Part shown: one piece after another, positions 10,288 through 20,200 of the stretch | How positions within the stretch are numbered: position 1 is the first letter of the stretch | Layout of the letters: each line of letters starts with the position of its first letter | Virus record (IMG/VR): IMGVR_UViG_3300032313_001582 | Coordinates: 15,725 to 79,724 of that record | Length of the DNA stretch: 64,000 nucleotides | Source: a virus | Strand: one strand, 5' to 3' | The notes under the pieces: generated by a model | What the model was told of the DNA's origin: nothing | Databases searched by the model: none | What the model saw: the letters and a program-made list of their open reading frames with translations, nothing else | Program-made: the position numbers and the translations under genes

Positions 10288-10398
10288 TTACTTAGCGGTC
10301 TTGTACACGAGGTAAGCGATACCAATCAAAGCCAAGGTGTTGTGTACGTTAGTACCACCCAGCCAGTTGGGGCTTTTGATGTCGAAAAATCCAGTCAT
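10288..10398 (-). CDS. 36-aa membrane peptide (MTGFFDIKSPNWLGGTNVHNTLALIGIAYLVYKTAK), absent from the ORF track
   Basis: A-run before ATG, C-ending codon bias (ttc, atc, aac, tac, cac), hydrophobic segment with basic tail, downstream terminator. Confidence 0.7.
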   Translation of the reverse strand: MTGFFDIKSPNWLGGTNVHNTLALIGIAYLVYKTAK

Positions 10399-10579
10399 TT
10401 TTTTTTGCGTCAAATTGTTTAGTTTTGACATTACAAATATGGCGAATACGATAATCCAAAAACATAAATTTTCAGATAATCAATTCCAGATTTGTAAACA
10501 TGTTATTATTTGTTTTTAAATAGTTGAAAATCAATAGATTAGAAAATTATATTTGTCTATAAGTTTAATTAAAGTAAAT

Positions 10580-10587
10580 TATCTTTG
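10580..10587 (+). promoter_or_regulatory. Bacteroidota-type -7 promoter element (TATCTTTG)
   Basis: TAnnTTTG upstream of 10609; a second match TATATTTG at 10548-10555. Confidence 0.6.
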
Positions 10588-10608
10588 CTAAAATCACACT
10601 AAAATCCA

Positions 10609-13600
10609 ATGAAAAATATATTTAAAGGCGGTATGTCAGCCGATTTGAGTGCTTTTGATGTTGCTAAAAAATGGAAGATTAGCCCAATCGAGTTCATGCC
10701 TATTCTGGAAAAAGGGACGGAACATGAATTGGAACATACAGACGACAAAGACGTTGCCAGAAGAATTGCCCTTGACCACATAGTTGAAAGGTTGGATTAT
10801 TACGAGCAACTGGATAAGATTGAAATGATGAAAAAGGGTGCAATATTAGAGAAGCCCGAAATTTTCAATGACATTACACTTTATTATGAAAAGAAAGGAA
10901 ATTGGCTTTTCGCTAAAGGAAATTTCTATGCGTGGCTTTATGATGAGAAGGGTGCTGGTGCTAAATTGCAAAATCAGGAGTATGATTTTATTATGTTTCC
11001 ACCGATGGGTAAGGGAAATCCATTTAGTGAAAAATATGTACCGCCATTAAGAATGATTTGGGATAAGAGTTATCAAAAGAAGTTTAAAGGTATTAATCAC
11101 TTATTGGGCATCGTAAAAGGGTTTTATGATGAAGACAAAAATCAAATCATTATTGATATGATGACGACTAATCCAAAATTCAGAAGGCAAGGAATCAATG
11201 CTCATATAATTAAAAATTTAAGAGAGGAATTTGGAGTTAGTCAAGATGATGTAATTTTTGATAAACCAACAAAAGAGGGCAAGTTGTTTGAGAGTTCAAA
11301 AAAGTACGAAAATGGTGGTTTAATAGCACCGAATGGCGAGCAAAGTAATCTAACTCCAGAACTATATGAGTTGGTTCGAACTAAAGCGTTCAAAAATTGG
11401 TTTGGGGATTGGGAAAACGACCCAGAAAATGCCAGCAAGGTTATAGATAAAAATGGCGAACCAAAAATAGTATATCATGGAACGAATAATGATTTTACCA
11501 TTTTTGATAAAAATAAATTAGGCGAAAAAAACTTTTTCGCGGAATCAGCATCTTTAGGTTTCTTTTTTGCTGGTAATATTAAAACTTCCGAAGCATACAT
11601 CGGAATGAACTCGATGGATTGGGCAGGAGTTCAATTTGGTGCTTATGATGACATCATCAATAAATACAAACCAGAACTGGATAGTATTAACAAAGATATT
11701 CAACAGATATATGAAAAATATCGAAAACAAGAAAAGGACAATATCAAAAAATTACAAGACGAAATAATTGAAAAGATTCGTCAAACGCACAAGGATTTGT
11801 CCGAAAATGATTTGAAAGGTATTTTTATCAGAGATATGAATTGGGATGAAATTAACAAATTCGCTCAAGAGGAAAACAACTTGAATGGAAATACTCAAAA
11901 ATTGAAAGAGTTAAACGATAAAATTAAATCAGAGATAGAAGCAAAGTGGAAAGTTAAAACTAATGCAAATCCAAGAATCATTTCATTGTTCTTGAATATT
12001 AGGAATCCATACATAATTGATTATGCTAATAATAAACAAACTGACCTTTCTCAAGATATAAAAACGGCTATAAAAAATACAAATGATGGGGTCATATTCA
12101 ATAATTTGAAAGATGGAGATGACGTAGACGATATTTTTGTTGTGTTTGATTCAGAGCAAATCAAACTTGCTGATGGAACAAACACAACTTTTGATATAAA
12201 CAATCCAGACATTCGGTTTGCCAAGGGTGGCGACACAAACAGAAATTTCAATGATAAAGAATTATTGAAAAGATACAATCAAGGAGAAAGCATTGGATTT
12301 ACTGCAATTGCTCACTTAAAAGCACAAGGATTAATCGAGAGGTCAGATGGTACAAAGAGAAAAAGCATAAACAGTTTTAAGCAAGGTGGACTAATCGCAC
12401 CTAATGGTGAACTTAGTAATCTTACGCCTGAACAATACAATTTGGTCAGGACTCCAGAATTTAAAGGTTGGTTTGGTTTTTGGGATTTATATCCTTCTGG
12501 TAAAGCAAATGACTATTATCAGCCAAATGTAAGAACAATCGCAAGAGAGTTGAAGCAAGAAAAATTCTCTGCCATCCAAGAAGTGGTTGATTTTTTGAGC
12601 AAGCAAGTCAATGAAGAAGATGTGTTAATACCCATGCCAAGTAGATATGGTTATGCTACGGACACTCAAAAATTGGTTGAAAAAATATCGGAGAGAACGG
12701 GTGCAAAAGTTTTCGATTGTTTGGTAGGGAAAAAAAGGCAGAGTATTTATGAACTGAAGAAAACAAATCAAGATGTATCTGACTTTGAATTCGACTTCCA
12801 AATAAATTGTGAAATACCCAAAGCCAGAAATTATTTTATTGTAGATAATGTTATTGGAACTGGTATTACTATGAAAAATGCGTTAATGAATGTTATAGCA
12901 AGGGTAGGCAAGAATGTTAGCCCTTTAGTTTATGCCATAGACCTCAATAATATTTCCAAGGTTGTAGATGAAAATGATGAGCCATTGGTAGTTCATCATG
13001 GTAGTATTATTGATACCAAATTTGACATATTTGATTACAAAAAAGCCGATTTAGGTTTTCATTTTGGTACGAAAGAACAAGCAAAAAAAAGAGTGGAAAG
13101 CAAATCCGTTTTACCACCAAGAAAATCAATAGTCAATTCATTTTTCCTGAACATAAGAGTTTTGTTTGAAATGACTGATGTGGGCGAATGGCAGTACCCA
13201 CAACGATACATTGATGAGTTGATGTCGGATAATATTATTGAAGAAAAAGTTGCGAAACAAAAAGGGTTTTTATCATTGTATAGGCGAGAAGACAATGCCA
13301 TCATAAGGGACTACTTAAAGTCAAAATATGGCAGTTTTGTGGGGTTTGTGTACAATAACAAATACGAGGGAAATGGTAAATCATTTATTGCGTTATCTCG
13401 AAATGAAATCAAGTTAGCCGATGGTAGTAATAAGACTTTTGATAGTGACAATCCTGATATTCGGTTTGACAAAGGTGGGGAAATACAAAATTTAATAGAC
13501 CAAGGCGAAATGGAACTTAAAGTATATCCAACCACACCTGAACATGCAAATCTGTATGGGTTTAAATCCAAAAATCCTTTGTACATTCAAAGTATATTTA

Positions 13601-14238
13601 TTTCCGAAAATCAAAGATTAAAAGGTATTGGTAAAAAGGTTTTGAAGTATCTGAATGATTTTGCTATAAAAAATGGACACGATGTTATGTTTGGTCATAT
13701 TACACAAAAAGCATCTTTTTCAAAAGATGATTCAAGACAATCAAATTTGGATGATGTTGCTATGATTAAAAATTGGCTACAAAGTAACGGATATGAAATA
13801 TGTGAGGGCAACAATGATTTTTACAAGGTCGTGAACAATCCCGACATTCGGTTTGCCAAAGGTGGTAAAACCATATCACAAACTCCTGCACCAGCATCAG
13901 ACAGAGTTTCTGGAAGCAAGACAAATCCAAAAGGTAGTGCCAGTGATTCTTCGCTGGCAAGGTCAATAAAATTCAATGATTCTTTGTTAAAAGCGATTGA
14001 AAACAAAGTCAAAGCACATAACGAAGAATATCCATCTAAAAAAGTTACAATACCAACGGCAAAAGCAGTGGTACGAAGAGGTATGGGGGCTTATAGCAAA
14101 TCACATAGACCTTTCATTACTGGTGGAGCGCCAAACTCCAGACAAGCATGGGGGTTGGCAAGGTTAAATAAGTTTTTACTTAAAAAGCGTGGTGTAAAAG
14201 TTAAAAGTGCTTATGTACAAGATGATGACTTACTCTAA
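10609..14238 (+). CDS. Polyvalent protein 1: DUF5661-like, GNAT, ART-PolyVal-like, ART-PolyVal-like with PRTase insert, GNAT, DUF5824-like
   Basis: EHELEH..IALDH..DYY; FRRQGI; two NLTPE..VRT..FK.WFG..[YH]HG[TS]..GF.F..LNIR units; VDNVIGTGIT; RLKGIG; RRGMGAY..SHRP..WGLARLN; modules separated by [FYM]xxGG. Confidence 0.8.
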   Translation: MKNIFKGGMSADLSAFDVAKKWKISPIEFMPILEKGTEHELEHTDDKDVARRIALDHIVERLDYYEQLDKIEMMKKGAILEKPEIFNDITLYYEKKGNWLFAKGNFYAWLYDEKGAGAKLQNQEYDFIMFPPMGKGNPFSEKYVPPLRMIWDKSYQKKFKGINHLLGIVKGFYDEDKNQIIIDMMTTNPKFRRQGINAHIIKNLREEFGVSQDDVIFDKPTKEGKLFESSKKYENGGLIAPNGEQSNLTPELYELVRTKAFKNWFGDWENDPENASKVIDKNGEPKIVYHGTNNDFTIFDKNKLGEKNFFAESASLGFFFAGNIKTSEAYIGMNSMDWAGVQFGAYDDIINKYKPELDSINKDIQQIYEKYRKQEKDNIKKLQDEIIEKIRQTHKDLSENDLKGIFIRDMNWDEINKFAQEENNLNGNTQKLKELNDKIKSEIEAKWKVKTNANPRIISLFLNIRNPYIIDYANNKQTDLSQDIKTAIKNTNDGVIFNNLKDGDDVDDIFVVFDSEQIKLADGTNTTFDINNPDIRFAKGGDTNRNFNDKELLKRYNQGESIGFTAIAHLKAQGLIERSDGTKRKSINSFKQGGLIAPNGELSNLTPEQYNLVRTPEFKGWFGFWDLYPSGKANDYYQPNVRTIARELKQEKFSAIQEVVDFLSKQVNEEDVLIPMPSRYGYATDTQKLVEKISERTGAKVFDCLVGKKRQSIYELKKTNQDVSDFEFDFQINCEIPKARNYFIVDNVIGTGITMKNALMNVIARVGKNVSPLVYAIDLNNISKVVDENDEPLVVHHGSIIDTKFDIFDYKKADLGFHFGTKEQAKKRVESKSVLPPRKSIVNSFFLNIRVLFEMTDVGEWQYPQRYIDELMSDNIIEEKVAKQKGFLSLYRREDNAIIRDYLKSKYGSFVGFVYNNKYEGNGKSFIALSRNEIKLADGSNKTFDSDNPDIRFDKGGEIQNLIDQGEMELKVYPTTPEHANLYGFKSKNPLYIQSIFISENQRLKGIGKKVLKYLNDFAIKNGHDVMFGHITQKASFSKDDSRQSNLDDVAMIKNWLQSNGYEICEGNNDFYKVVNNPDIRFAKGGKTISQTPAPASDRVSGSKTNPKGSASDSSLARSIKFNDSLLKAIENKVKAHNEEYPSKKVTIPTAKAVVRRGMGAYSKSHRPFITGGAPNSRQAWGLARLNKFLLKKRGVKVKSAYVQDDDLL

Positions 14239-14606
14239 TGACTAAAAAACAAAAACTGGGCGATTGCTACGAAGTTGCTGGAAGGATGGCAATTTTAGGG
14301 CTTTCAAAAGCACCGAACGGAGAAAAGTTCTTAGGGAATCCTATGGTAGTCCATGGTGAAGTCGAAGGTCAGGGTAAAATCAAAGGAATACGATATGGGC
14401 ATGCATGGATTGAAGATGATGTTTATGTTTATGATTTTTCAAATGGTAGAAATTTGATGTTATTAAAAGAAGTTTATTATTATTTAGGAAAAATCATCCA
14501 AGACAAGCCAAAACTCTATAAATATACGTTCATACAAGCCAGAGAAAAGATGATTGAAACTGGTGAATACGGTCCTTGGGATTTAATAACGGAATCAGGT
14601 CTTTAA
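14238..14606 (+). CDS. Papain/transglutaminase-like Cys-His-Asp enzyme (candidate protease)
   Basis: GDCYE ... GHAWIE ... VYD, the triad order and context of the transglutaminase-like superfamily. Confidence 0.65.
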   Translation: MTKKQKLGDCYEVAGRMAILGLSKAPNGEKFLGNPMVVHGEVEGQGKIKGIRYGHAWIEDDVYVYDFSNGRNLMLLKEVYYYLGKIIQDKPKLYKYTFIQAREKMIETGEYGPWDLITESGL

Positions 14607-14610
14607 TTTA

Positions 14611-14618
14611 TATCTTTG
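14611..14618 (+). promoter_or_regulatory. Bacteroidota-type -7 promoter element (TATCTTTG)
   Basis: Intergenic TAnnTTTG before ATG 14633. Confidence 0.6.
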
Positions 14619-14632
14619 TTAAGTATTACATT

Positions 14633-17188
14633 ATGAATCAAGTATCTTTTACAAATACAGACGAAATAGGGACACCAAACAAGCCTTTAGACTCTTTTAA
14701 AGAAGGGGGCGAGATTAAACACATTTCGGGTGAAGCAGGTGGTTATTTGGTTGGTAAACGACACTCTGAGGGTGGAATAAAAGCCATCAACAAAAGCACT
14801 GGTCAACCCTTGGAAATGGAGGGAGGTGAAGTCGTTATCACTCGTAATGCAGTGAGTGACACACAGAAATACGAATTTGAAGGAGAGATGCTTACAAATC
14901 GCGAGATTTTAAGCAAGATTAATGAAGGAGGCGGTGGGGTGGCTTTTGCTGATGGTGGCGAAGTTTGTCATGTCTGTGATGCCGAGTATAATTACAAGGG
15001 TAAAAAGATGAAAGATTCAGAAATCTTCCGTGAAATGGCACTTGGTGGAGAGGTTGATGATATTTTAGATGCAGTGGATGATTTGACTTTTGAAGATTTG
15101 GATTCAAAATTTGATGACGAAACAGATGCGACTTTAGAAGCAATAAATACTATCGTTAATCAAAATAGTGGGAAAGATTATTGTTTTAAAGGCAAAAAAA
15201 ATACACCTTATGATGGCAAATATTTCTTTACCAAAGTAATAGATGCAGATATTGATGAGGCATATTTTGAGGAAGTTTTTGTAGAAAACCCAGAATATTT
15301 TACAATTAAAAGTAAAGACATAGTAGATAATTTTACTATCTTACCTAAAGGTTTTGAAATTTATGTGAACTGGTTTGAACACATCGCATATAAACAGATA
15401 GGCAATTTTCAAAGTTTTACTTATGGTAGCCCAACAGGATTAAACGCGACCTTCGATAACCCAAAAGGTTTATTTAATGTTGATACCAATGAGTGTATTG
15501 TAATAACAGAGGAAAACAGGCAATTTTTAACTACAAATAATCCAGAAGTCAGTCCTGAAACTACAAATCAAGAAATTTTGAACTATGTAGAATATTGGAA
15601 AACTTTGTTGCCAAGCACTTTTAATGCTTTTGATAAATTCGAGAATCGTTTTAAGGATGCAAAATTTTTCAGAGCCTACGCAGTAATTCATAGACAAAGT
15701 ATTTCCAGTCCAATACAATTAAAGTATTTCATGGTTTATGGAAAAATGACAGTAAAAGGTAGTGCGTTGGTAAAGATTTACACCTTTAATTTGAGAGATG
15801 ATGAAAAAAGAGTATGGATGGTTGATACTAATACCCCTTTTGACGATTTCTTAAAAAGGTCTGACAATTTTTCTAATTTATACAATTTAGATATTGTTAT
15901 TGGATATAAAGATTGCTACAACAATATTAAACTTAGTTATATCCTAAATTCTGAAATACCCATCAAAATTAAAAATTCAGACTTTAGTAATTCACAATCT
16001 TTTTTGAGTTATCTAAGTACAGGAGATAATGAATTTGCATATAAATTTGTGAATAAAGGAAGTGAAAAGACTATTGTTATTGATGGGTTAGAAGACCCCA
16101 AAATGGACGATTTAATTATCGATTTTAATCAAGTAAATACAGAGCAAGAAAGAAAATACATTGAGAGTAGGATACGAGAATTAGGATTAAAGATAAAATT
16201 GTTTCGTGCATCGATGAGTTTAGAAGAGTTTGGTGCAGTTCAAAGAGAGTTAAGAAAGTATGTAACATATCTTCAAGATTCATATTTAAGAGAAAAAAAT
16301 TCAAATCCCCTTAGTTTTTTTGAACGTATAAAAGATGCTATCAAGGTTGATTTTGGAAATATTGATGCTAAGTATCCACTGACAAAAAATCTTTCTATCA
16401 ATGGTTTATCCAGTCAACTAACCGAGCAAGAATGGTTGACAGTTCGAAGTGAAGATTTCAAAATTTGGTTTGGAGATTGGGAAACTGCATACTACGACCA
16501 AAATTACTCTGGAGTTAGTGTAATCATTGACGATGCAACCAAAGAACCTATGCCCGTTTATCATGGTACAAATGTCAAATTTGTAGACTGGAAAACATAC
16601 GAAAGTAATAACCTTCATTATTTCGCCAAGAAACGAGAAATGAGCGAATGGTTTGCCAAAGCATGGAAGATGGGTCGTGATGACAAGGCAGGTATAGAGA
16701 GTGCCCAAATTAAGCAAGGCAATCCATTTCAAGGAGAGTATTTGTATCGGGTATTTTTAAATATCAAGAACCCGATTGATTTCAGTCCTTTTGGAGTCGA
16801 TAAAGTAAAATTAGCCGATTTAGTTGCCTACCTAAAAATTAAGTATGGTGTGGGGGATTACGATTTATGGTCTAACAACGATTACTTTAAGAAAGGAACT
16901 GTAACCATGGAATCCAAAGTATTTACATGGCAAATTATTCGTTTGTGGCAGAATTTTAATACCTACATAAGAGAATTTACACCTTACGATGGGTTCATTT
17001 TTTATGAGTATATTCCAAGTAAAGCGAATTCTGGAAACATTGAAGATGCATCTTTGTCTTTCTGTGCTTTCAGAACCGAGCAAATTAAGTTTCATGATGC
17101 CGTATCGTTTTCACCTGAAGTAAGTGATAGTCGATTTGCTTTGGGTGGTAAGGTAATTACTAAAAAGAAGAGAAGAAAAACCAAATAA
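14633..17188 (+). CDS. Polyvalent protein 2 with C-terminal ART-PolyVal-like domain
   Basis: N-terminal G.RHSEGG..EMEGGE module; FKEGG/FADGG/MALGG/FALGG linkers; VRSEDFKIWFGDWE..VYHGT..FLNIKNP; start re-called at MNQVS. Confidence 0.75.
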   Translation: MNQVSFTNTDEIGTPNKPLDSFKEGGEIKHISGEAGGYLVGKRHSEGGIKAINKSTGQPLEMEGGEVVITRNAVSDTQKYEFEGEMLTNREILSKINEGGGGVAFADGGEVCHVCDAEYNYKGKKMKDSEIFREMALGGEVDDILDAVDDLTFEDLDSKFDDETDATLEAINTIVNQNSGKDYCFKGKKNTPYDGKYFFTKVIDADIDEAYFEEVFVENPEYFTIKSKDIVDNFTILPKGFEIYVNWFEHIAYKQIGNFQSFTYGSPTGLNATFDNPKGLFNVDTNECIVITEENRQFLTTNNPEVSPETTNQEILNYVEYWKTLLPSTFNAFDKFENRFKDAKFFRAYAVIHRQSISSPIQLKYFMVYGKMTVKGSALVKIYTFNLRDDEKRVWMVDTNTPFDDFLKRSDNFSNLYNLDIVIGYKDCYNNIKLSYILNSEIPIKIKNSDFSNSQSFLSYLSTGDNEFAYKFVNKGSEKTIVIDGLEDPKMDDLIIDFNQVNTEQERKYIESRIRELGLKIKLFRASMSLEEFGAVQRELRKYVTYLQDSYLREKNSNPLSFFERIKDAIKVDFGNIDAKYPLTKNLSINGLSSQLTEQEWLTVRSEDFKIWFGDWETAYYDQNYSGVSVIIDDATKEPMPVYHGTNVKFVDWKTYESNNLHYFAKKREMSEWFAKAWKMGRDDKAGIESAQIKQGNPFQGEYLYRVFLNIKNPIDFSPFGVDKVKLADLVAYLKIKYGVGDYDLWSNNDYFKKGTVTMESKVFTWQIIRLWQNFNTYIREFTPYDGFIFYEYIPSKANSGNIEDASLSFCAFRTEQIKFHDAVSFSPEVSDSRFALGGKVITKKKRRKTK

Positions 17189-17189
17189 T

Positions 17190-17197
17190 TATATTTG
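17190..17197 (+). promoter_or_regulatory. Bacteroidota-type -7 promoter element (TATATTTG)
   Basis: Intergenic TAnnTTTG. Confidence 0.55.
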
Positions 17198-17204
17198 CAT
17201 ATTA

Positions 17205-18836
17205 ATGAAACCACGACCAAAAAATAAAAGAAGTAAGATGAATTTTATCGGTGACTCTGTAAGTAAAGCGGAGTTCCAGAAAATCGCACAATCTCTTCAG
17301 GGAATGGAAGGGGACATTTTTGATAAAGTACAAGAATTTATCAAACAAACCAGTCCTGCAAAAGAATCGTTATTAGAAAAAATTCAATCAAAAATGGAAA
17401 CTGCTGGTTTTGTACCAGCATTTTTAGATGGTAATTTTAAATCTGAGTATGTAGATTTTCAAGTTGAAATTCTAAATCCAGCATCATCAGGAATCATCAT
17501 CAGTGCTAAAAACTTAAAATACAATTTGAGTTTTGTAATTGGACTGACTGGAGATATTCAAATGGATAGTAGTAATCAGGACAATCTAACTTTACGCAGT
17601 ATTGATTGTACGATTGTTTATACGTTCCAGAGTGATAATGAAAATGTTAATGATTCTGAAGTACTTATTAATTTAAATAAATTAGAATTATCAAGAGCAA
17701 TGAATCAGTTAGAGTCGATTTATGAGAAGATGGCAAAATTGTATAATGATTCTTTGTTAAAAGAAATACAAAAAGAAATCAAAGAAGAGAAAGAGCAAGA
17801 AAAACAAAAAGATAAGCCGAAACAAGAAGAGCAAGAAGCAGATGACCAGCGTGATGAAGAGGAAGAAGATGGTAATGACGAAGACGGAGAGGATGGCGAG
17901 GACGGGGAAGATGGAGAAGATGGTGATGGTGAAGACGGAGAAGATGGTGAAGACGGAGAAGATGGTGAGGGCGGAGAAGATGGTGAAGACGGGGAAGATG
18001 GAGAAGACGGAGAAGATGGTGAAGACGGGGAAGATGGAGAAGACGGAGAAGATGGTGAGGACGGAGAAGATGGTGAAGATGGCGATGGTGAAGATGGTGA
18101 AGATGGCGATGGTGAAGATGGAGAAGATGGAGATGGTGATGGCGAAGATGGAGAAGATGGTGATGGCGAAGACGGAGAAGATGGTGAAGACGGAGATGAT
18201 GGAGATGGTGATGGCGAAGACGGAGAAGATGGTGAAGATGGCGATGGTGAAGATGGAGAAGATGGAGATGGTGATGGCGAAGACGGAGAAGATGGTGATG
18301 GCGAAGACGGAGAAGATGGTGATGGCGATGGCGATGGCGAAGATGGAGATGGGGATGGTGATGGTGATGACCTAACCGATGAAGAAATTGACCGACTAAT
18401 CAAAAGTCTAACTCAAAGCGAAGGTCAAAGTCAAACTGAAGGCGGAGATTTTGAAGACTTTTTGGACAAGGTGAACAAAGGTGAACTTGAAAACGATTTT
18501 ACTGAAAATTACAACGACCCAAGTTTGACAAGCCCACAGACAGAAACCGATGATGAAGAGAATCAAGAAGATGAAGATGATTCTGGTGATGAAATGCCTA
18601 AAGAAATTACTGGTACACTACAAGCCCTTGCCATGTTCAGTAAATTTGATAGTCAAGAAAATTTCTTAGAATCGCTTCAAGGAAGTAAAACAACATTGAA
18701 TGCATTAATAAATGGATTAACAAACGAAGAGGTCAGAGCGATTAAAACGCTTTTAGGTAAGCCAGAAATGACTAAATTCGACTTAAAATTTCAAGCAAAT
18801 CAAGATTTTGATATTATAACAACCAATCAGCCATGA
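17205..18836 (+). CDS. Protein with long acidic (D-G-E) low-complexity linker
   Basis: About 165-residue DGE/DG tract between globular ends; true start may be 17238. Confidence 0.75.
   Translation: MKPRPKNKRSKMNFIGDSVSKAEFQKIAQSLQGMEGDIFDKVQEFIKQTSPAKESLLEKIQSKMETAGFVPAFLDGNFKSEYVDFQVEILNPASSGIIISAKNLKYNLSFVIGLTGDIQMDSSNQDNLTLRSIDCTIVYTFQSDNENVNDSEVLINLNKLELSRAMNQLESIYEKMAKLYNDSLLKEIQKEIKEEKEQEKQKDKPKQEEQEADDQRDEEEEDGNDEDGEDGEDGEDGEDGDGEDGEDGEDGEDGEGGEDGEDGEDGEDGEDGEDGEDGEDGEDGEDGEDGEDGDGEDGEDGDGEDGEDGDGDGEDGEDGDGEDGEDGEDGDDGDGDGEDGEDGEDGDGEDGEDGDGDGEDGEDGDGEDGEDGDGDGDGEDGDGDGDGDDLTDEEIDRLIKSLTQSEGQSQTEGGDFEDFLDKVNKGELENDFTENYNDPSLTSPQTETDDEENQEDEDDSGDEMPKEITGTLQALAMFSKFDSQENFLESLQGSKTTLNALINGLTNEEVRAIKTLLGKPEMTKFDLKFQANQDFDIITTNQP
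17870..18370 (+). repeat. Coding tandem repeat of 9-bp/6-bp units (GAT/GAC-GGN-GAA)
   Basis: Directly visible; encodes (DGE)n. Confidence 0.9.
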
Positions 18837-20200
18837 GCAGAAAAACAGATTTATTAGACATCATTAACGACCCAGCAGTGTCTGAGGTTATCAAAGATGA
18901 TGCTCGTCAACAAATTAAAGAATTAGAAATCGCAGAAGCAGGTCAAAACCCAAGCGTTGATGCCGATATTAACTTTGCTATTACGGAATTGAAAAAAGCC
19001 TTAGAGCAAAGTAGAACTGGAGGCGAAGTTGACAAATCAGAAGTAGAAGACATTGTTAACCAAGAATTAAAACGATTCAAGGTAGGGATTAAAAACCTCG
19101 ATACATCTGTAAAAGACTTGATTTCAACTACTCAAACCATTCAAGTGGTAAACTGGCAGGATGTCAAAGTTATGCTTGATGGGAAAGGCAAGCCGAGGAG
19201 AATTTTTGATGTTATATTGTCGGACTTTGAAGCAGGTAACAACGTATACCTTTACGGAGGTGCTGGTACTGGTAAAACATTTATCGTAGGAGAAATCGCT
19301 GATTCTATCAACTATAAACTCATTACAATCAACTGTAACCAATTTACCAGTCCTTTGGATATTTTGGGTGGTCAAACCATTGAAGGGTATCAAGAAGGTC
19401 GACTATCTGAAGCATGGGGTAACTTGTTCATGCCTGAAATCAATCCGAAAAATGGTCAACCATATTCTGGAGCATTGTTGCTTTTGGATGAGTTGCCAAA
19501 AATTGACCCAAATACGGCTGGTTTGCTGAATGATGGTTTGTCTAAAGTAAAAGACCCATTAAAAGAAAAAGATGGTAAGATTTTCGGTCCTACCATTACT
19601 AATGGTCGCGGTAAAGCAATTAGCAAAAAAAACATCTTTATCGTTGCTACTGGTAATAGTAAATTGAATGAAGCAGACAAAGACTACGAAGCCAACTTCA
19701 AGCAGGATTTGTCTTTGCAAGACCGATTTGCAGGTTCGACTTATGAATTGATTATTGACCCAGCATACGAGTTAAAAAACATCATGAGTGGAATTAATGT
19801 TCAAGGTCAAGTGGCTGATTTTGTTTTTATTTTTAATTTCCTTTTCAAATTAAGAACTGCCATTCAAGAGAATAACTATTCTTCCAGAGCGTTTGTTTCA
19901 ACTCGTTCTATGGTGTCTTTTAGAGATACATATATTGCTTTTCGTTTGAATGAAACGATGGGTGAAAAGCAGATTCCAAGACCAAAAACTTTGCAAATCG
20001 CGGTGACATCATTTATGGACTTGTTTACCGAAGACCAAAGAGTTGTTTTGTCCCAAGCAGTTGATTTGCCCCAATTTATGACTTTAATTGATGTCAAAAA
20101 TAAAATGCCCTTGACAGAGTTGACAACAGACATAGATAAACAAGAAGCACAAGCCTTAATTCAAGCGTTTGATTTGAAAAATGCGAATAAGATTCGTTAA
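18833..20200 (+). CDS. MoxR/CobS/CbbQ-like AAA+ ATPase
   Basis: Walker A GGAGTGKT, Walker B LLLLDE, sensor ATGN, arginine finger QDRF. Confidence 0.85.
   Translation: MSRKTDLLDIINDPAVSEVIKDDARQQIKELEIAEAGQNPSVDADINFAITELKKALEQSRTGGEVDKSEVEDIVNQELKRFKVGIKNLDTSVKDLISTTQTIQVVNWQDVKVMLDGKGKPRRIFDVILSDFEAGNNVYLYGGAGTGKTFIVGEIADSINYKLITINCNQFTSPLDILGGQTIEGYQEGRLSEAWGNLFMPEINPKNGQPYSGALLLLDELPKIDPNTAGLLNDGLSKVKDPLKEKDGKIFGPTITNGRGKAISKKNIFIVATGNSKLNEADKDYEANFKQDLSLQDRFAGSTYELIIDPAYELKNIMSGINVQGQVADFVFIFNFLFKLRTAIQENNYSSRAFVSTRSMVSFRDTYIAFRLNETMGEKQIPRPKTLQIAVTSFMDLFTEDQRVVLSQAVDLPQFMTLIDVKNKMPLTELTTDIDKQEAQALIQAFDLKNANKIR

Noticed and set aside
10337-10519. 60-aa + strand ORF from the track
   Set aside because: Overlaps the better-supported minus-strand peptide gene and the promoter region
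14633-15050. Tape measure protein, since FAxGG and G.SH..GG motifs also occur in tape-measure C-termini
   Set aside because: No long helical body or tail-gene context, and the motif separates enzyme domains here. The resemblance means the motif itself may not be unique to this virus
17720-18403. Minus-strand Ser/Pro-repeat ORF and the alternative-frame 17842-18375 ORF
   Set aside because: Shadows of the (DGE)n repeat in the coupled + strand gene
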